32,000 nucleotides of DNA, taken from the NCBI RefSeq assembly GCF_000016745.1, contig NC_009483.1, positions 2,790,001 through 2,822,000 on the forward strand. Reading direction: 5' to 3'. Shown here one piece after another: positions 14,100-20,406 of the stretch. The notes beneath the pieces are model-generated. The model was not told the origin of the DNA, ran no database searches, and saw nothing but the letters and a program-made list of their open reading frames with translations. Within the stretch, counting starts at the first letter, position 1. Every line of letters starts with the position of its first letter. A program made the translations under genes and the position numbers. The DNA is from Geotalea uraniireducens Rf4. Its GTDB lineage: Bacteria; Desulfobacterota; Desulfuromonadia; Geobacterales; Geobacteraceae.

Positions 14100-14230
14100 A
14101 AACACATCATCTCCGAGCCTTTCAGCCTAAAAGGATAAACCTCATGGCGCCCGGCCAACGGGTTTCGCTGGAAACAGCGGAGCCTCCCTTTCGGAAAGGA
14201 GACCTATCCGCTCAGCGGATTTTAAAACAT
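14100..14230 (+). ncRNA. Moco (molybdenum/tungsten cofactor) RNA motif riboswitch candidate
   Basis: CAUCUCCGAGCCUUUCAGCC...GCUGGAAACAGCGGAGCCUCCCUUUCGGAAAGGAGA contains the blocks I associate with the Moco motif (CUCCGAGCC 5' junction, a GNRA-capped internal hairpin, GCCUCCC, AAAGGAG closing a helix with the 5' CUCC). A short hairpin auccgc-uca-gcggau plus U4 follows at 14206-14223. It sits directly upstream of a pterin-cofactor enzyme gene. Confidence 0.6.
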
Positions 14231-14248
14231 GAAAGGGAGCAATGAACA

Positions 14249-15979
14249 ATGGACAAAATTTTACGCGTAAACATGACCGACCTGACCACCAAGCTTGAGA
14301 CAGTGCCCACCGAATGGGCCGGTCTCGGCGGCCGCGGTCTGACCTCCACCATCGTCGCCGCAGAAGTGCCGGCCGACTGTCACCCCCTCGGACCCAACAA
14401 CAAGCTGGTATTTGCTCCGGGACTCCTTACCGGCACCGCCGCTGCCAACTCCGGCCGTCTCTCCGCCGGGGCCAAGAGCCCGCTCACCGGTGGCATCAAG
14501 GAAAGCAACGCCGGCGGCACCGCAGCACAGATGCTGGCCCGTCTCGGCATCAAGGCACTGATCATCGAAGGGCTCCCAAAAGCGGACAAATGGTACAACC
14601 TCCATGTGAACAAGGACGGCGTGACCATCCAGGAAGAAACGGAACTGCTCGGCAAGGGTAATTTCGCGGTAATAGAGGACCTTGAGGCCCGCCTGGGGAA
14701 GAAAACCGGCGTCCTGACCATCGGCCCTGCCGGTGAGTTGAAGATGACCGCCGCCAACATCTCCGTCAAGGACCCGGACAGCAAGATCCGCAGCCACGGC
14801 CGTGGCGGTCTCGGCGCAGTCATGGGCTCCAAGAAAATCAAGTACATCTCCATCGACGACGCCGGCGCTCCCGGAATCAAGATTGCCGATCCGGAAAAAT
14901 TCAAGGTGGCGGCAAGAACGTTCGCCAAGGCCCTGCTCGACCACCCGGTCAGCGGCGAAGGTCTCCCCACATACGGCACCAACGTGCTGGTCAACATCCT
15001 CAACGAGGCGGGCGGTCTGCCGACCCGCAACTTCACCGTAGGCCAGTTCGAAGCCCATGACAAGATCTCCGGCGAGACCATGCACGATACCATCGTCGCC
15101 CGCGGCGGCAAGCCGAAGCATGGCTGCCACGCCGGTTGTATCATCCAGTGCTCCCAGGTATACAACGACAAGGACGGCAAATACGTAACCTCCGGCTTTG
15201 AGTACGAAACCATCTGGGGACTGGGGGCCGACTGCTGCATCGACAACCTGGACGATATCGCCCGCGCCGACAACCTCATGGACGACATCGGCATCGACTC
15301 CATCGAAACCGCCGTCATGTTCGGCGTGGCCATGGAAGCCGGCATCCTCCCATTCGGGGACAGCAAGGAAATGCTCCGCCTCCTTACCGAGGAAATCGGC
15401 AAGGGAACCCCGCTCGGCCGCATCCTCGGCGGCGGCGCCGGTTCGGTAGGCAAGGCCTACGGCGTCACCAGAGTCCCGGTGGTGAAAAACCAAGGCATTC
15501 CGGCCTATGATCCCCGCTCGGTCAAAGGGATCGGCATCACCTACGCCACCAGCACCATGGGCGCCGACCACACCTCCGGCTATACCATAGCCACCAACAT
15601 CCTCAACGTCGGCGGATATGTGGATCCGCTGAAGAAAGACGGCCAGGTCGAGCTTTCCCGCAATCTGCAGATTGCCACCGCTGCCGTAGATTCCACCGGC
15701 ATGTGCATCTTCATCGCCTTCCCTGCCCTGGACATCCCCGAGTGCCTGCCGGCCCTGATCGACATGATCAACGCCCGTTTCGGCATCAACCTGACCGGTG
15801 ACGACGTCACCAACCTGGGCAAGCATATCCTGAAGGTGGAGCATCAGTTCAATATCGAGGCGGGTTTCACCAACAAGCACGACCGTCTCCCGGAATTCTT
15901 CAAGACCGAACCGGTGGCGCCCCACAATGCAGTATGGGATTTCACCGATGCAGAGATCGACGAGTTCTGGAATTTCTAG
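14249..15979 (+). CDS. aor: Aldehyde:ferredoxin oxidoreductase (AOR family, tungsto-/molybdopterin enzyme)
   Basis: 576 aa. AFOR N-domain (ILRVNMTDL...GLGGRGL...GPNNKLVFAPGLLTG...RLSAGAKSPLTGG.KESNAGG), Cys cluster KHGCHAGCIIQC, and C-domain motifs (GMCIF, DRLPEFF). Confidence 0.9.
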   Translation: MDKILRVNMTDLTTKLETVPTEWAGLGGRGLTSTIVAAEVPADCHPLGPNNKLVFAPGLLTGTAAANSGRLSAGAKSPLTGGIKESNAGGTAAQMLARLGIKALIIEGLPKADKWYNLHVNKDGVTIQEETELLGKGNFAVIEDLEARLGKKTGVLTIGPAGELKMTAANISVKDPDSKIRSHGRGGLGAVMGSKKIKYISIDDAGAPGIKIADPEKFKVAARTFAKALLDHPVSGEGLPTYGTNVLVNILNEAGGLPTRNFTVGQFEAHDKISGETMHDTIVARGGKPKHGCHAGCIIQCSQVYNDKDGKYVTSGFEYETIWGLGADCCIDNLDDIARADNLMDDIGIDSIETAVMFGVAMEAGILPFGDSKEMLRLLTEEIGKGTPLGRILGGGAGSVGKAYGVTRVPVVKNQGIPAYDPRSVKGIGITYATSTMGADHTSGYTIATNILNVGGYVDPLKKDGQVELSRNLQIATAAVDSTGMCIFIAFPALDIPECLPALIDMINARFGINLTGDDVTNLGKHILKVEHQFNIEAGFTNKHDRLPEFFKTEPVAPHNAVWDFTDAEIDEFWNF

Positions 15980-15990
15980 TAAATGCCAAA

Positions 15991-16026
15991 ACAGCCGGTG
16001 TGGCGTCTGCCACATCGGCTGTTTTT
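15991..16026 (+). terminator. Intrinsic terminator/attenuator after aor
   Basis: acagccggtgtggc-gtct-gccacatcggctgt forms a 14-bp stem with one G-U pair, followed by tttt. moaD starts 21 nt later on the same strand. Confidence 0.6.
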
Positions 16027-16046
16027 AACCATGATGGGACGCAACC

Positions 16047-16271
16047 ATGCATATCACCGTCAAGCTATTCGCCACATTCAGAAACGGAAGATTCAAGGTC
16101 GCTCAACAGGAGCACCCGGACGGGACCGACTGCCGAAAGATCGTCCTGGAACTGGGCCTGACCGAAGAAGAGATAGGCATCATCCTGGTCAACAGCCGTC
16201 ACGCCACCCTTGATCATCTGCTGCAAGACGGTGACACCCTGGCCCTCTTTCCCCTGGTCGGCGGAGGTTGA
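16047..16271 (+). CDS. moaD: MoaD/ThiS-family sulfur-carrier protein
   Basis: 74 aa, a beta-grasp-sized protein ending ...DTLALFPLVGGG (C-terminal Gly-Gly). Confidence 0.75.
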   Translation: MHITVKLFATFRNGRFKVAQQEHPDGTDCRKIVLELGLTEEEIGIILVNSRHATLDHLLQDGDTLALFPLVGGG

Positions 16272-16272
16272 T

Positions 16273-17121
16273 ATGAACAACATACTGTATTTTCTTCAGG
16301 AACGGCTGTCGGACGGCCTTCTTTCCTGGGCAGCGCAAAAAGAAGCTGCCGAACTGTTCGGCTTGAGCTACGCAACCGTCGAAGAGCTGGCCCTGGAAAA
16401 CGGCATGTTCCCTGCCAGGTACCAGCGCAACCGGAACATGATATCCGTCACGGAACAGTTGAAGTTGTACCGAAGCAAGGTCGCCGTGATCGGTTGCGGC
16501 GGTCTTGGCGGCTATATCATCGAGGAACTGGCCCGGCTCGGCATTGGCGGAATCGTAGCCATCGATCCGGACATATTCGAAGAACACAACCTGAACCGGC
16601 AACTGCTCTCCTCCCCCGGCGCCCTGGGGAAAGCCAAGGTGGAAGCAGCACTGGCACGGGTCAACGAGGTCAATCCGGCGGTGACGGTAACCCCGATCAA
16701 GGACGCTTTCTGCACGGCCAACGGCCCGGAACTCCTGAAGGGGGTGACCGTAGCGGTCGATGCCCTGGACAGCATCGCCTACCGTCTTGAACTGGCTGAA
16801 ACCTGCACGGAACTGGAAATCCCCATGGTTCACGGGGCGATCGGCGGCTGGTACGGTCATGTGGCCACCCAGTTACCCGGCGACACCACGGTGCAGAGCA
16901 TCTATCGCAACTGGGTTGAAGGAAAAGGGATTGAGAAGCAGTTAGGGAACCCGGCATTTACCCCGGCTGTAGTGGCAAGCCTGGAAGTGGCCGAAGTCTG
17001 CAAGATCATACTGGGCAAGGGTGAACTGTTGCGCAACCGGAAGCTCAGCATCGACCTGCTGGACATGGAAATCCACGAGATAAGCTATGATGTGCCGGTA
17101 GAATTGGTCAGCGCAGCATAG
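16273..17121 (+). CDS. ThiF/MoeB/HesA-family E1-like adenylyltransferase
   Basis: The ATG at 16273 lies 1 nt after the moaD stop; the track start at 16210 overlaps moaD. KVAVIGCGGLGGYIIEELARLGIG.IVAIDPD.FEEHNLNRQ is the ThiF nucleotide-binding signature. Confidence 0.8.
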   Translation: MNNILYFLQERLSDGLLSWAAQKEAAELFGLSYATVEELALENGMFPARYQRNRNMISVTEQLKLYRSKVAVIGCGGLGGYIIEELARLGIGGIVAIDPDIFEEHNLNRQLLSSPGALGKAKVEAALARVNEVNPAVTVTPIKDAFCTANGPELLKGVTVAVDALDSIAYRLELAETCTELEIPMVHGAIGGWYGHVATQLPGDTTVQSIYRNWVEGKGIEKQLGNPAFTPAVVASLEVAEVCKIILGKGELLRNRKLSIDLLDMEIHEISYDVPVELVSAA

Positions 17122-17275
17122 ATTTGCATATTTATCCTGAATCAAGAACCATCGGCTTTTATGGGCCTTTCCCCCTGCGGGAACTGGCCCTTTTTCATAA
17201 GTTAACGGGGAGCAACATCCCCATTAACCCGGCTAAAAATCAGTTAGTAAGTTGCGTCTGACTTTAAGGGCGTCC

Positions 17276-17389
17276 GCCTGTAGCCGGGGGATTCATCCCC
17301 CGGATTAGATGTCGCAATTTCCCCACGTCACGTACGTGACGTGATGAGATTTGTCCCGCTGACCGGGAATGAATTCCCCGGCTACAGGC
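17276..17389. repeat. Nested palindromic element upstream of the porin gene
   Basis: A perfect 14-bp outer inverted repeat, gcctgtagccgggg (17276-17289) / ccccggctacaggc (17376-17389). Each arm has a local hairpin (ccggggg-attcat-cccccgg; ccgggaat-g-aattccccgg). The centre is a perfect 20-bp palindrome, cacgtcacgtacgtgacgtg (17324-17343). Confidence 0.8.
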
Positions 17390-17474
17390 ATTCTGTCCCT
17401 TCGGGACGGAAGCAAAAACCTGATCGGACACTGCTGGCTAAAAATGAAATTTCAATTAATAATGGAGGAACATC

Positions 17475-18737
17475 ATGCGTAACAGATTAATTTCCATGCT
17501 GGCAGCGGCCATGCTGCTGACAGCAACCACAATAACACCGGCCGAGGCAGCGTTCGTCATCGGTGGAGAAAACGGCTGGCAGCTCAGCACAGACGGTATC
17601 GTCGACGTTTTCTCCGTCTATCAGTCTACCAGTCCAGCGCCTGCAGGCGCAGACGGCTCTAAGAGATTCACCTCTTTTCTCAGTGGTTCCACTGATCAGT
17701 TCCAGAATTTCGGGGTGAAGGTAGGGCTTCTGCCGTCGTTAATCGCATTCAACATCAAGGCCCCCACCGTCAATGGGGTCGACTCGAACGTACGGGTCGG
17801 TATCTATCCGAGTATTCAGAATAAGAACCAGGACACCAGATTTGAAGTCAATCCCAACATCGATTTCCGGGAATTCTACTACACCGCAAAGGGGACATAC
17901 GGCGAATTGCTTGCCGGCCGTGCCCTGAACCTTTACCAGGCGAAAAACATCCTGACCGACATGACGCTCCTTACGGCAGGCGTTGTTCCGGCACCCGGCA
18001 CCTCCACGACCCTGGGCCATATCGGCTACGGCTACCTCTACACCAACTTCGGCCCCCAGATCCGTTACACCACTCCCGATCTTAACGGCGTCAAGGTGGC
18101 CTTCAGTGTCAACGAGCCTTACAAGATCAGTTCCGATACCGCCAAGACCAACACCCCGCGCCTCGAAACCGAGATCTCCTACGCCACGGTCCTGAACGGC
18201 GGCACTACGCTGCAGGCTTGGGCGTCCGGCCTCTTCGAGACTGCAACCCGCAGTAAAGCGGCTGGCGTAGCACGTCCGGGTGAGCAGAACCAATCCATCG
18301 GCGGTGCGGCCGGCATCGAAGCCGGCTTCAGCGGCGTCGATCTTATGGCGTCCGGTTACGCCGGCGAGGGGCTCGGCATGATCAGTGCGCAGGACGGCGA
18401 TGCGTTCGGTTCCTCATCGACGGATGCCGCCGGCAAGGAGCGGACCCATTTCGGCTTCCTGGTCCAGGCGACCTACAAGCTGACCCCCGATATCAAGATC
18501 GGAGCCAACTACGGGCAAAACCGCCAGGTAGAAAGCGATGACGACAAGACCAAGCGCGGCGTAGGCGGTTCCTTCTCCCCCATGAAGAAACAGGAAGCGG
18601 CAGTGGGCATGGTCACTTACAACTTCAACAAGTTCACACAATTCATCGTTGAGTACGCCTATGCCCAGAACACCTGGCATGACCGCGCCACGCAGCATTC
18701 CAACAGCGTTGCGATAGGCACGATGTTTTACTGGTAG
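17475..18737 (+). CDS. Outer-membrane porin (beta-barrel)
   Basis: 420 aa. Signal peptide MRNRLISMLAAAMLLTATTITPAEA/AF. Gly/Asn/Tyr-rich alternating strands and a C-terminal ...AIGTMFYW aromatic terminus. GGAGGA precedes the ATG. Confidence 0.8.
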   Translation: MRNRLISMLAAAMLLTATTITPAEAAFVIGGENGWQLSTDGIVDVFSVYQSTSPAPAGADGSKRFTSFLSGSTDQFQNFGVKVGLLPSLIAFNIKAPTVNGVDSNVRVGIYPSIQNKNQDTRFEVNPNIDFREFYYTAKGTYGELLAGRALNLYQAKNILTDMTLLTAGVVPAPGTSTTLGHIGYGYLYTNFGPQIRYTTPDLNGVKVAFSVNEPYKISSDTAKTNTPRLETEISYATVLNGGTTLQAWASGLFETATRSKAAGVARPGEQNQSIGGAAGIEAGFSGVDLMASGYAGEGLGMISAQDGDAFGSSSTDAAGKERTHFGFLVQATYKLTPDIKIGANYGQNRQVESDDDKTKRGVGGSFSPMKKQEAAVGMVTYNFNKFTQFIVEYAYAQNTWHDRATQHSNSVAIGTMFYW

Positions 18738-18774
18738 GCCGGCCCTGAGACGGGTTGAGCAACAAACGTGATAT

Positions 18775-18814
18775 AAAAAAAAGAGGGTGGCCGATATGGG
18801 CCATCCTCTTTTTT
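18775..18814. terminator. Bidirectional intrinsic terminator between the convergent porin and radical SAM genes
   Basis: aaaaaaaa-agagggtggcc-gatat-gggccatcctct-tttttt: a GC-rich stem flanked by an A-run and a T-run. Confidence 0.7.
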
Positions 18815-18845
18815 CACTCCTTATTCAACCTTAAATCCGACCTGT

Positions 18846-20150
18846 TCAATGTTTTTCTGACACCGGCCTGAGTTTTATATCCTGCAAAATATATGTCTCC
18901 AGGGCCGCATCGAGATAATCCTTCCTGCAATCCACCCCGTCGATCCTGCCGTCCCGCAGCAGCTTGAGGAATCTGCACCCGCCAAAGCATATGGGGAGGT
19001 AGGCGCAGTCGAGGCATGCATCGTTTTTCCACAGGTCGAGCTTGTGCGAATCACGGTAATCCTGAATACCTGTGCGCAGATCACCGACGGCAAATTCCTT
19101 CCTGCCGATGAAGGCAGGGCATTTGTAGATGGTCCCGTCAAAACCGACGATGATGTTATCGGGAGCTTCCACCATGCAGGAGGAGGACCTTATCTTGGGG
19201 GTGTTGAAGCCGCGCTTCAGAATCTCTTGACGGAGGAACAGACTCGCCTCGATGAGCCATGGTTCTTCGGTGGAATCGCACCCTTCCCTGAATTCAGGGA
19301 GGCCGTACTCGGCCATGGTACTAGTCACGGGGGCGAACATGACCATCGCCAGCTTGTCCGGTGTGATCCCCTCTGCCAGGATATGGTCGAGGAGGCGGGG
19401 AAACTCCCGGTAATTATCGCGGGTGTAATTTCCGGTAAACTGGATCCCGACTAACTCACAGGTGGCCTTGACGTTCCTGACGATTGAGTCGAAAGAGCCG
19501 GCACCCGATACGAAAGGCCTGAACGCATCATGGATCTCCCGCGGCCCGTCAATGGTCACCTTTGCCTTGCGCAGCCCAAGTGGCACAAGCTCCCTGGCCA
19601 GTTCCGCGGTCAAAAGGGTCCCATTCGTGACCAGGTTGAAGGTGTACTCCCCTCCCCTCTTTTCCACGAGAGGCTTCAATCTCCCGGATACGTACCTGAT
19701 CAGGTCAACGCTCAGGAGCGGCTCCCCGCCGTAAAAATCAAGGTCAACGGACTTGCCTGCGGCGAGATGATTCTTTTCGACAAAATCGATGAAGAGGTCC
19801 GCCGTCTCCAGCGTCATGTAGCGTTTCCCCTTCAAACCACCTTCATAGCAGTAAGTGCAGTCCAGGTTGCAGTCCATGTTCAGGACCAGCATGGCGTTGA
19901 ACTCCCTGCCGGCGCGGTTTGTCCGGTCGAAAAGCGTGAGCATTTCCTGCCGCTCGTCATGATCGTCGGGGACCAGGAAGCCAAGGCGGTGCAAGGTCTC
20001 CTGGTTGGCCTGAGAGAGCGTGCCTTCTCTTGCCGCCTTTAACGTAGCTTCGTTGAGCAGTATGACGGACGCACGTCTGGTGGAATAAAGGAGGGAGTAA
20101 CCTGGCTTTTCCGCGTAAGGATAGATTTTGATGTATCGAGAAAGTCGCAT
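18846..20150 (-). CDS. Radical SAM/SPASM peptide-maturase-like enzyme with N-terminal RRE-sized extension
   Basis: 434 aa. CNLDCTYC at Cys94/98/101, preceded by about 90 residues (MRLSRYIKIYPYAEKPGYSLLYSTRRASVILLNEATLKAAREG...LHRLGFLV...). C-terminal SPASM pattern SSCMVEAP...GTIYKCPAF...CLDCAYLPICFGGCR...DCRKDY. No Shine-Dalgarno sequence before the ATG at 20150. Confidence 0.85.
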   Translation of the reverse strand: MRLSRYIKIYPYAEKPGYSLLYSTRRASVILLNEATLKAAREGTLSQANQETLHRLGFLVPDDHDERQEMLTLFDRTNRAGREFNAMLVLNMDCNLDCTYCYEGGLKGKRYMTLETADLFIDFVEKNHLAAGKSVDLDFYGGEPLLSVDLIRYVSGRLKPLVEKRGGEYTFNLVTNGTLLTAELARELVPLGLRKAKVTIDGPREIHDAFRPFVSGAGSFDSIVRNVKATCELVGIQFTGNYTRDNYREFPRLLDHILAEGITPDKLAMVMFAPVTSTMAEYGLPEFREGCDSTEEPWLIEASLFLRQEILKRGFNTPKIRSSSCMVEAPDNIIVGFDGTIYKCPAFIGRKEFAVGDLRTGIQDYRDSHKLDLWKNDACLDCAYLPICFGGCRFLKLLRDGRIDGVDCRKDYLDAALETYILQDIKLRPVSEKH

Positions 20151-20160
20151 AATGGAATGG

Positions 20161-20182
20161 AAAAAGGGGAGAAGTTCTCCCC
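20161..20182 (-). terminator. Terminator-like hairpin (attenuator) between the peptide ORF and the maturase gene
   Basis: Minus-strand GGGGAGA-acu-UCUCCCC followed by UUUUU. It lies 27 nt after the peptide stop and 10 nt before the maturase ATG. Confidence 0.55.
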
Positions 20183-20209
20183 TTTTTGGTTAGAAGCTGT
20201 TAGAAGGAT

Positions 20210-20329
20210 TTACCTGTAGATGGCATAAAATCCCGTGCAGCATATTACCGGGCCTGTTGGCGCCATGCCGGCGTCGAGGATCACGATGAACTCCTGCCCT
20301 ACTGCAACCTTTTTACCCTTCACTTTCAT
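20210..20329 (-). CDS. 39-aa candidate RiPP precursor peptide (absent from the ORF track, which lists nothing under 60 aa)
   Basis: Minus strand reads AAGGAGG-ctgac-ATG (ATG 20329-20327), stop TAA at 20212-20210. Hand translation, codon by codon: MKVKGKKVAVGQEFIVILDAGMAPTGPVICCTGFYAIYR. Lys-rich N-terminus, a hydrophobic leader-like stretch, and a Gly/Pro/Cys/aromatic C-terminus. It sits immediately upstream of the rSAM/SPASM gene. Confidence 0.6.
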   Translation of the reverse strand: MKVKGKKVAVGQEFIVILDAGMAPTGPVICCTGFYAIYR

Positions 20330-20406
20330 GTCAGCCTCCTTGGTTGGTTATAATTGCCCCCGCAAATGAGGGCATAAAAACATGGACTAAAAGCCGCCCA
20401 CGACGG

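Noticed and set aside
18846-20150. Reading the radical SAM/SPASM gene as an anaerobic sulfatase-maturating enzyme
   Set aside because: The ~90-residue extension before the CxxxCxxC motif and the adjacent short peptide ORF fit a peptide maturase better, and no sulfatase gene is nearby. This is not fully excluded without an HMM search.
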